This document shows, one piece after another, positions 1 to 11,200 of a stretch of DNA of 64,000 bases. A program made the position numbers and the translations under genes. Position 1 is the stretch's first letter. Each line of letters opens with the position of its first letter. The notes below the pieces were generated by a model that was given only the letters and a program-made list of their open reading frames with translations, was not told the DNA's origin and ran no database searches. Source of the DNA: Phoronis australis (Eukaryota; Animalia; Phoronida); contig NMRA01000008.1 in the NCBI GenBank assembly GCA_002633005.1, forward strand, positions 1,586,567 through 1,650,566. The letters are read 5' to 3'.

Positions 1-59
1 GAGCATACAATCAACTACAATAAAGAACAATAGATGGCGCAACATGACGGACGAGCCAT

Positions 60-994
60 GCTTTAAAGTAGGACAGTGCTGGCTGGGTCAGTCTGGGTCA
101 ACTAGGCATAACCAAAACAAAGTGAACTGAAAGCCAGCCACCGGCGCGCTTGCATAGGAACAACGGTATCCGAAAATCTCGAATAATTCGAAAAGTAGAC
201 GTCGTAGCGCAAAATGGAAAGTATCTTCTGAAAGCCCGTTCAAATTTCTATCTAAAGTGGTAGTTTGGCAAAAATCCAAAAAATTTTCGAGAAAATTGAA
301 AATTTGCCGTTTTTTTTGAAATTCAAAGTCAAATAACTCGAAAACGGTAAGTCTGAAAAATACGCTCTCGCAGACTTTTTGAAAGGCCATACTTCAAGGA
401 ATCCACATGCAAAAATTCAAGTCATTTGCTCTTCCCATAAAAAATGCGACACCAGAGCGATTGAAACCGTGTGAACATGCCCCACAGCCGCCATCTTGAA
501 GGTGACTTCCGGTTCAATAATTTTTTATAAAAGCTTATTAAACTCAACAAGCACGTGACCAGTTTGAAAGTGATTGGTTTGCCATTGCGCCCTCTACAGG
601 AGAAAATGTTTTTAGCCATATTTCGGGGTGCGCATGCGCCACGTCCAATATTTCCGCCATCTTTAACCGGAAGTCAACGGTTTTCTGCACAATTGTAGCA
701 AATGCGTTCTAGTATATTCGTGCCGATTTTCAGCCATGTAGGTCGAAAAATGCGGCCTCTACGAGTTTTTGACTGTGAAATCGGATACAAAATGGTCGCC
801 ACGTCCGCCATTTTGTATGCGATCATGACCAAAAACAATAGGCTTCTAGGACCTTCCGATCTACATGTTGTGTGCAAATTTCGTGAAAATCGGACCAAAA
901 TTGCGACCTGTAGAGTGCGAACAAACAAAAAAAAAAAAAAAAACTTGCTGTCAGACCAACATACTTGACGGAATTCGAAGAATTCCGCCAAGTA
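60..994 (+). mobile_element. Non-autonomous repeat with a Helentron/DINE-1 (HINE)-like 3' end
   Basis: Non-coding, with recurring GCCATCTT/GCCATTTT and AAATCGG motifs, an A-tract, then the terminal hairpin TACTTGACGGAATTC-GAA-GAATTCCGCCAAGTA (962-994). The 5' boundary is uncertain. Confidence 0.5.
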
Positions 995-2015
995 ACTAGT
1001 TGTCTTGTCCAATATTGTCAAAAACTAAAGTAGCCTGTGAGCAATACTTTTGGCAGCCACCAGGTGTCTCTGTTCACAATGTGTCTATAATTTCAATGAG
1101 CATTTTTTCAATTATAAGGATCTATGGATCTCAAACTGTCTCTACGAACTCTTTTATACTTCTATGTCAAGTGAATATTGGAACTTGTTTATCTTACTCT
1201 TTACTTTTTATTCAAAAATCGTCAATTTTCTTATATGTGTTAACACCAGTTTAGTGTTGCATAACTTTTCAATTCAATAGGACTGCATACAGTTGGCTCA
1301 TCTCAAGTTGCCCATGACTAGATTAATGGCTTAGTGAACATATTGCACTCTGTTCACTGGCAATATGGGCTTTTTTGTGTTGTTATAAGTTAGAATATAT
1401 GCCAATTGCATTTTTTGAGTTTTGAGGGCTGAAGTAACCAAACTGTCAACATTAACAGGTCAAAAAATACCACCCATTTTTAATGCATCACTTCTTACAA
1501 GAACGACCACCCATAATTTGAGTTTTTTTCTGAAGACCACCACCCATGAATTTTTATTTCTACTGCCACCCCCCCCCCACATGGATTTTACTGGAACAGC
1601 CCAAACCATAAACGGTTGTTCTTTCTTCTAATAGCAGTTTCAGTGCTCTGCTCCAGCTAGTTCGCAACAAATTTGCGATCAAAACACAAAAATTTTCCCT
1701 AAAGCACCCCAACTAATGTATATGGGTCATGTGAGTCGCTTTGTGGTCAAGTATGGAATAATCCTTTCATATTAGGGAAGGGAAACTGGTTGTGAAAAAG
1801 TCACCTATCTAAATGTCGTGTGCAACCTTTCTAAGGAAATATCCCCCATACATCCCTTTTCTGATCAACTTTTACCTGGGTCTTACTCGGGTAATTCACA
1901 TATAGTCAGATTTGCTTAAATCATAGACAGACATGTGAACTAAATGTATACACACATACTGTAATTGCATGTAACAATGTGTATCAATCCATTGCTTGTC
2001 TGTCAATTGCAAGAT

Positions 2016-2179
2016 CAATTGACCAATCGCAAGCTCTGCCCCTTGTGAAAAGTCACCGACGTCGTATTGTTCGTCTAGAAAAATGGCGGCTTGGAAACGT
2101 AGACTGAGGTGTGTCAACAGTGTTGCGTTCTGATTGGTCAGTCAAGCCGTCAGTCAAAATCCTGGCGGTAGGTTAATTG
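2016..2179 (+). mobile_element. MITE family A, copy 1 (TIR CAATTGACCTATCGC)
   Basis: Terminal inverted repeats and clear internal homology to copies at 4009-4189 and 27494-27674. Confidence 0.8.
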
Positions 2180-2281
2180 AGATGCGGTACCTGTGTGAGT
2201 CATAAAATGACTAAACATGAATTCTGACATGCAGTGACCTTTATCAATAGAGTTCTGTTTTCCCTGTAGCTGTTGGAAGAC

Positions 2282-5200
2282 ATGAGTGCTGCCGATTCTG
2301 GATATGAAGGCTGGGATCCCATGAAAGAAGATTACGTGAACCCCGAGTTCAATTCCTACGACCGAGGTCCAGGAAGAGACATCCCGCTAGCACAGAACAC
2401 TGCTGTAAAGTACGCAATGTGAGTGATGAAAGCACTAGACACTCTTCCTCAACATATCTTCAGACCTGCGTAATAGAGTCAGTCGACTGCAAAAAGTTAT
2501 AGACTTTGTAATGATTCCATGCCATAATTTGTGTTTTAGGTCAAAATTCATAGTCTAGTCGTGAAATGCACTGATAAACCAAACCAATGTCAAAGAGCTG
2601 TTTTTTTTTATTCAGAACTCTAATTAAAGGCTATTCTTATATTTTAGGAAGAACTACTCTACCATGCCTGTTGCTGATTCAAACGAGTGTGTTAGTCTTT
2701 ATGTGACGGGTCTCCCTAAGGATCTGACCAATGTAAGATTGGGTGAAACATTAACATTTTACGCTGCCCATTATGCTACTGTATGTATCAGGGCCAAAAT
2801 GGGGTATCATACTCGGCCGAAAAAGGCATAGATGGTTTTCATCTATTGGGACTCATTCTCAACCGCCTTCAGCCAAGCCCTTTAACTGTTTTTTTTTTTG
2901 TAAAGCTTCACAAACGCATGCAGGATAGATTTTAAATTCTACTACCACAGCTTGCTAATGAGGCCCCTAAATTTGAGCTTCAAAAAGATCAAAGAAAAAA
3001 TAACCATTGCGATTCTTTTTTGCCTTGTATCTAATGTGAAGCGGGTTCTCCAGTTCAAGTGTCATTTGATTACACCCTATTTGCTGAAAGGTTATGTATA
3101 CATGATCAATGTCTCACCTGACTGTTAGAGCAATGATTAACATTCAGGGTCCTTACTCACCTGAAGGGAAGGTGCTCATACTGCCCGAGAGGGAAATTAT
3201 TTGGTGAAGTGGAAATTCCACATTCCACCCTTGCCTCCTTCAGTTGCCACCCCTTGTCTGCATTGCCTCGGGTACCTAAAACTGACATTTTGCAGAAGTG
3301 ATTCTGTGCTGGAAGGAAAATGTTTGACCATGTGAGGGTAATTCACTGTGATTTTTTAAAAATATTTTCGTAGAGAAATGGGGTGGATATTTGACCCCTA
3401 ACTGGTGGCATGGAGGGACCTGACATTTGGCATTCTGAAGTTTACAAAGTAAAGAATGTTTCTTTTCTAAACCTACCAACTCCATTTTGCATTTGGCTGA
3501 TTGATAGTGTTTCGTTGTCATTTGTTTTTTGTCTTATCCTTCTTCTGGTGTTTTAGGAGGGACTGGCCAACCTGTTTATGAACTGTGGTACTGTTCTACG
3601 CACCAACGTATTGCAAGCAAAACCCGACAGGGAGGACACTGTTGGGTAAGTGAGGCTCTGGTATTTAACTTGATAAAGGTCATTATTTGCTTGTTCAGTG
3701 CACAACATGGCCAACATGTGGAATTCTAATTGGTCACTGTGAGAGTTAATACCGGGGACTGTAGTCCACTGGCTTGCACATCATGTGAAAGACCAAGGAA
3801 CTATTTCATGAAAAGTGACTAAAGACTTAACTCTGAGATTTGGTCTTATGCTCCACACAACAATCTGTGATAAATAATTAAGTCTCTTTTTAGCAAAAAC
3901 TCAAAGTCGCTGATAATTTACAAATAACTGCTACTTACTGGAATAATTTCTCTAAATTATTTCTTGACTACGACACACTCGTAGTTACTAGGCAAAGCCT
4001 TTATTCTGCAATTGACCTATCACAAGCTCTGCCCCCTTGCGTAATGTCGACTAACAAACAATAAGTTTTACCCACCAATGTGTTGTTTGTCAGGTAAAAT
4101 GGCGGCTTGGAAACGAAGGTGTATCAATAATGCTGCGTTCTAAATGGTCAGTTAAGCTGTCACTCAAAATCCTGGCGATAGGTCAATTGTGAAGTAGGGG
4201 CGTAAGACCTAATTTCTATCTTAACTCACTTAATATGAAATGGACAGGTTAAGATTTACTACATTTAGTTCTTGGTCAATGTATTATTAAAAAATTGTCA
4301 ACAAGTGCAACTACGGAAAACTTCCTACTAAAAAAATACAAACGTTCGCAACGTTTCACTCTTACATTGGAGTATCATCAGGCAGGGAGAGAGTGTCAAA
4401 GAATTGACGACAAAAGTTGGGGCAAAACGATGGACAATGATGGTCTACTCAGCAAACAAGTCATGACCGCAGCTGTTGAACTGACGTTTTGGTTCATCAG
4501 TGACTTTTGGGCATCTGAGTTGCTTTATAAGCATTGAGTCTTTGATGGATTTAGTTTCTGGCTTGAGTATCGTCGTAGTTTGTCTCACTCTTGTTGTTTG
4601 TAAAGCATTTATGCAAGGGAGCAGTGTTCGAGCTTCAGCAAACAAATGTGCTGGCCCGCCGGGCCAGTTACTTCAATATGAGACCACATCTACATAGAGC
4701 CTATATGTGAAAGATACTGGCCCAGTCGCTAATCCATTGGCAATGGGCCAGCATATATTAGGAACGCTGCTGGGAAGTGAGTGATAACCTGGTTATAATG
4801 GAAAATTGATAGTTTTAATATTGCTCTCTTTAACTTCCCAGTACAGTGATCTGATTGAACAAGGCAAACCAATACTCACGTGCACTTCTCACAAGTTGGG
4901 TGATTTTACGCAAGACTGGATTAAATGTACGTTGTTCTTGAGAGCCCGCTGTAACTCATTTTTGTCGTCTGTGTGTTGCAGTTTTGTAAACATGAAAACT
5001 CTGAGTGGTGCTGAGCGAGCCATCGCGCAGAAAAATGGATTTCCAATTGGCGGTCGCTTTCGCTTACGCGTGCAGATGAGCCTGTCGAAAGAAGAGAAAC
5101 GAAGGCGGGCTGAAGAGAAAATGGTTTGTATCGTCTGGTCACGCATGGACTCTTGAAAAATGTCCAAATCTGGCTTACTGCGGAACATTCCATCTCAGAA

Positions 5201-8200
5201 ATGGCTGATCATATTTTATGAAACTTGTTGATGCTATGCTTCTTGCGTTGTTTCCAAAACGTTGTTTAGAAACGTTATTTTTAGTGTGTTCCGTTTTTTC
5301 ATGAGGGGCTATCAAGAAATAGCACAGAATATAGGAATGCTCCCAATATTTTAGCATTTCACAAGACAGTTGCTATGTTTGTGAAATTTAGAAAACCGCC
5401 AAATCTCATTCTGACAACTCACCGACAATATTGTGACTGAGTGGGGATAAGGGGCTATTGAGAAACATTCCTAGGTGAAGTATGTGCAGTGGGTTATCCC
5501 AGAGAGACGTATCCACTTGACGTGTCTATGTTCATTCTTGTCTAGCTGACTGTTTATAAGGCGTCTGGTCTGCAAGGTGCATTAGATTGGCATGTTTGAA
5601 TTTTTTATCTGAGTACGACCAGTGGGGGCAAGTTAAGTGAGTCTGTTCAAAGAATGCATTCAAGCTGTATTCAAGGCTTGGAATTTTCCGTGGAAACGCG
5701 GATTTCCGCTTTTTTCAAATGTTCTGTCCGTGCATTTTATTATATTTCTGTGTAAAAAAAGTCGGATTTTGATATAAAATTTCCGCGGCAAATTCCTTTC
5801 TTACCGCGGCGTTGCCGACGACGTTCACCTCGAAAAGCGGGAGTTGCTCTTTATGTTTCGGAGGAACGTAAATTGTCAACATTGCTGGGGTATCTGGGAT
5901 AGCGTGGTGGGATTTTCAATGGCGCCTCGTGTGATTTGTAAACCGCGATGACAAATACTACGGCTCAGCAGCCAAAAATGTGCTACTGATGGTGGTAACG
6001 TTTTTTTTTTTTAGTCCTCCTGATTTTTGTCGGCGAAACGTTCACATCGACTATTTCAAGGCTGGGTAACGCGCATGTTTTGGGCCGTAAAAGTTTCCGC
6101 GTTTTTTGTCATTAGTCATTCCAAGCCCTGTGTATTACCTGAAAGGAAAGGTGCCTGTTCCTTCTGAGAGTGGAATATTTTCCCACTGTTGCCTCCAGTT
6201 CAATGGACTGTGTGACTTAAGGGTTGTGCTAAATCTGAGGGTATTTTTATCATTGGAGAGTAACATCTGGAACTCATGAGGCGAATTTTGTATGACTTTT
6301 AATTTTTCAGAGAGGAATGGAGCTGATATTAAGCCCCATTGTTAGCCAGTTGTTTTGTTGATCTGGAGAAGTTAAGCCATCATCTATGCATCCTTTCAAA
6401 TGAGCGCTTAATGTTGAGAGTTCACCTTAGTTTGAAAATAATTTGACTGGTGTTAGCTCCGCTGGTTATGTTTGCAGAATCAGGAAGAGTTCTTCAAGTC
6501 GTTGGGCAACTCTCGCGGCGATGCTCCGCCAGCACTGGAGGTGAACTCCGTCGACTCAGATGTTGAGGTGATGTCGGTGACCTCTGTTGGCAGCCGCAAC
6601 AGAAACTTGTGAGTAGTTAGTGACCTTCTTTCTTGTTACCTGTTTAGACTGGTTATATCTGTCTGGGACATTTTGGTTTGAAGCTAGGTTTAAAAATGCG
6701 CTGGTGAATAAAAACATTACCTTCAGTGTCCAAAGTGCAAGAAATAAACTGAGAAATTTTGTGTTCGATTAATTTGACAAATGAGTGGGCTTTGTGTTTT
6801 ATCTGTTTCATCATCATGTTGTGCAAACGAGCATAAATACATTAAGTTAGATAAGAACTGAGTTTTGATATTGTAATAAAACACCAGTTTTGTTATTTCT
6901 AGAGGCCATGCTTGGCGAATAAAATGACATGTCGTGGCAACTATTATTAAAATCTCGTGCTCTATTTACACCGACCTCTTGTCTATTTACACTGTCACGA
7001 CATTTCGGTCGGTCTATTCTCCGCCCATCGTCGGGTGTTCCTGCGTTCTTAGAAGAATGAGCACAGATATGTGCTACACTCATCATGGTGTGATTAGAGC
7101 GGTTTTAGAAAGTCGTGCCATGGCTAGTCACTTTGTAGAGCCTGGTCTCAAGCAATAATGAACTGTCAGTTATTTTCAAGCCTGGAGGTCACACCTATTT
7201 TAACTTGGGTACAAATTCCGAGACCAACTTCATAACAGCAAGTGGTCTAAATTGAAAATTGTTTTGTGTGACAGAACATGGGCATCTAGCTGCTTTAACT
7301 GGTTTGCTTAGAGTGCACAGTTCTAACTTATGATCATTTATTGCCTTGTATTTTGTGTTAAATAACACTAGTCTCAAATAAAAAATAAATTCATTTGAGT
7401 CCGACTGTGAGGGTCTTGTTTATAAAGAGGAAATGGTTTGTGCACTTTCAGCAGTAACAACCTTCCTGCCAGTGACATGTCACCCCAGCGCCCCAGGTCT
7501 CCCACCAGAGATGACGAGCCGAGCACGTCTCCAGGTAACTTGTTTTGATTAGTTTACTTAATGTCTTTCAAGTCTAAATGCATTACCTTGTCGCAGACTG
7601 TCTAAATTGTGATTCAGGTTTATGTTTAGATAGAAATGTGTTGTTTACTTGGACACTTCTTGTATTCATCGGCCACTTACCAGTTGGAGCAGTCATTGTT
7701 TTGGTTTGGGTTTACTTGATTCACCCATAAATGATTGTTTATCCTGTTAGCTTGACGTTATTTTTGACCTTGTGGCCTCTGTTCTGTGAAGACGTTAAAG
7801 AGCGTCACTGAAACAATCGAACTACATTCCTCGTTATAAAGATTGTTTTGATCACTAGCAATTCAAAAATTTAAATTTGATGTTCTTAATTCAATTCTGG
7901 TCAATTTGAATAATAAGGCTTTATGTCAAATTTGGTTTTTGTTACGATTTGTTTCGTGAAATTTTGTGCAAAAGTCAAATCTCAGAGCTCTACAATCCAA
8001 GCCTACGGGGTTGACTTTTTGAGACATATTTTCCAGTCGAGCGAACTCGCAACAATAGTGGCGACACCATAATTAGTTTGCCGGCATTAGAAGACAATGG
8101 ACAGTCTTACACATCATATAGAGGCCGAGGTCGGGGAAGGTAGGTACCTTCAAAGTACTTCTTTTTAAGGGGACATTTCCTTAGTACTCGCTATGGAAAT

Positions 8201-11200
8201 TATGTACCAGATTTCTTAACATCTCAAAAGTTACATTTCTGGATTCTATTTGTCTATTTACACTAACCTTTAGTCTGTTTGCATTGGCACGATGTTTCGG
8301 TCAGTTACATGAAACGCCTGAAGATGGCCAAAGAAATTACTGATTGAAATGTTGTGCCAACATAATTAGGCTAGTGGTTGGTGTTAATAGACCACAGATT
8401 TTAGAAAAGAAATCACAAACTTTGTCCTAAATTCTTTCATTTTATGATTTTTCATCCCTTTCAACAGGTTTTTGCTCCGAATCAATCATAAGTGAAGTCT
8501 CACTTCCTTTTGATTATTAAGGCCAATTGTCGTTATGGTGAAGAAGTTTTTGTGAGCTATCTGCTAAATAGTTAACCAGACTATTTTGTGAATCTTTTTA
8601 GGCTATGACTAGGAAATGCCCCATGGACTATTGTTACAAGAATACTTACCCGTGTGTATCATTTCTCTCATAAAATTTGTCATTAAAGTTTAATGTCTTA
8701 TGAGACATTGCACTGAATAAATACGTCACTATAGAAACCGTGGGTATTTTAATTTCTTATGTCTTCATTTTCCTGGCATTGTTGACACGTTTGTGTTGGT
8801 ATTTCCATTTTCAGAGGTAGGTTTTCATGGCGTGGTGGTTACCAAAGTCGGATGGGAATGATGCAGAGACTGCGTGAGTCCATAGATTTAATCGAACATT
8901 CTTCTGACTGTATAGTCGTATCTTTACTCCTATTCTTGCACACTTTGAAGTGTTGACTTCAGGAGATGAGTGTCACTTTAGTGTCTATTTGATGGCACGG
9001 ATTTTTGAGTTTGTGTGATGTAAACCACCCGCTTCATGTTCTGTTGTGAAATTCGGCTTTAAGGGGAAAGTAGTCATTTTCCTGATTCATTTAGTTATGC
9101 TACAGATCGTCTTGGAGTTATAGTTTCTTGTTAATTACTTTTTTCCCTGGGTGTATTTCCTGTCCATGGAACAATAGAAAATGAGAGCGAATTGTCCTGT
9201 GAAAGACTGGCAGCTTGGTTCTGCATTCACACCACAATGTTCTGCTCTCAACTGAATACAGTCGGTGTCAGTCAGTCATGTTTGCTCTAGGGATAAAAGT
9301 GAATGCAGATCCAAGATGTGAGCCCTGTGCCAGATCATTTACGTCACTGTTCTGTGGTTACTAAATACACACCAAGGAACACTAATTAATGCAGAAAATA
9401 TGTCTCTCTAATATAGACAGGTATCTGTAGTTCCCCTAAATGCTATATCAAAATTTGCTTTCTTCCTTAAAACCAACTCATCTGATGAATTTTAGTTAGC
9501 AGCTCATTCTGGGTAACTATGAGAATTTGAAACTTAATTTGCACAGTAGCCTGGTTATGTCTTTTAACTTCATAGTTCTGAAGGAATATCAGATCATTTG
9601 GATATCAGTCGCTTCTTATGCACTACATTTGTATTCCAGCCTACCCACCTATGTACCCTCCAATGATGCCATATTACGGGTACTACCCCGTGTACCCACC
9701 TCCCCCGCCACACCTGCCCTACTACAGTGGTTACCCCGGATACGGCATGGGTGAGTCTCGCTCTTGCTTTGTTGACTGCGAGGTAAGTTTGTGAAATCAT
9801 TTGAAGTTTGGTTAGGGGTTCATGTGTATTCCAAGTTTTGTTTTTTCTTGAGTTACGCTAATTTATAAGCTCTGTAGAAGCAGTTTTTGTACTATCGTCT
9901 GCAGGGTGGAGAAACTGTTTGGTGGTCTAAATACTCCCGAGACCATTACATTCCGTACTTAGATCAGATGCTGTGCTCAAATGTGACTGGCGTCTAAGAG
10001 TATGACTGTTGGCCAGGGTTGTTTCTCCACCCTGAGCTTCGTTGATTACTGTTTGGTCAGTTGACGTTGACTAACTTTGTTGCAGGTCAAAGTGATGGTG
10101 GGTACAAGAGCCACCAGTACCCGAGCTACCCTCATCCTCGTTCAACCTCCCCCAGCTCTGTGCATTCTGAGAGTTCCTCACATGCCAAGTATTCTCCAAA
10201 GAAACCAGTCAAACATTGTGTCAGCTGTGGTAAACCAGGTAACCTAATCTAATGGTCGATACATCCTACCTAAAATCGGGACGACCAATCAGAGCAGTGA
10301 AAAGTCGGCAGATGTTGCTGCTCATTTTCTTATGATTTATGGTATAATATGGAATGGCAAGGTGTTGTGTTTTGGTTGTTATGACAACTTAGTATTTGAC
10401 CAGGTTGTGGCTCTTTTCACGCGGGACATCGGAGAAATGCAGATATGCCACATGTTTGTACAAGAAACTCTGGTGTTGGTGGACATAACACACTGGCACT
10501 GGGTATGTTCATACATCGCACTCATGTCTGTGAAGCTAAGAAAGTTTCAATTTAAGTCGTTTTTCTTCCATTTTCTTGTTTTTGGGATATCGAATTTACA
10601 ATTGTTGTCATACGCCGTGCTACAAAGGAAGGTTAAATGATGCTGACAATGTAATCTCTTGTCAGAACAAGGTAAATGGTGGTTTTAAGCACTTTATCAA
10701 ATGGGGCTATTCGGAGAATTCTCCTCGGGGTGTCGCTGCTGTACTAGTGGTGATTGAATTGCGCATGCGTGGCTATCTGCATGTAAACAACTGGTAAAAG
10801 ATGGAATTTTTATCAAAATACGTCGTCGCGCTAACCCTTATTACTGCTAATTTCCGTGGTGCAAGTCTTCGACAGGNCGAATTTACAATTATTGTCATAC
10901 GCCGTGCTACAAAGGAAGGTTAAATGATGCTGACAATGTAATCTCTTGTCAGAACAAGGTAAATGGTGGTTTTAAGCACTTTATCAAATTACTTGAAACA
11001 GGTCTCTACCTGTCCCTTCTTACATAAACTAGAAGTGATTTGTTGGTGAAAGAAGAACTGACAGTTTGGTATTGGTTGAGACCAGGCTAGTTAACGTGCC
11101 ACGGCAAACAGCGAGCTTAGTCTCCAGCAGAACCCCAGCGTAACCCCAGAAACTGCTTCTCGTGCGAGTGAGGAACAAGACAGTGAAGAGTAATTTTGTA

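Noticed and set aside
88-1280. Cluster of short ORFs at the window start
   Set aside because: Most lie within a non-coding repeat and none shows protein-family features.
3160-6340. Diverged 200-250 bp similarity between about 3160-3410 and 6138-6340
   Set aside because: Too degenerate to classify; most likely old repeat fragments with no evidence of function.
10591-10989. 112-bp direct repeats (10591-10702 and 10878-10989) around a 175-bp insert, resembling a mini-LTR/TRIM or giant TSD
   Set aside because: An N at 10877 sits exactly at the start of the second copy, pointing to a contig-join or haplotype artefact rather than a real duplication.
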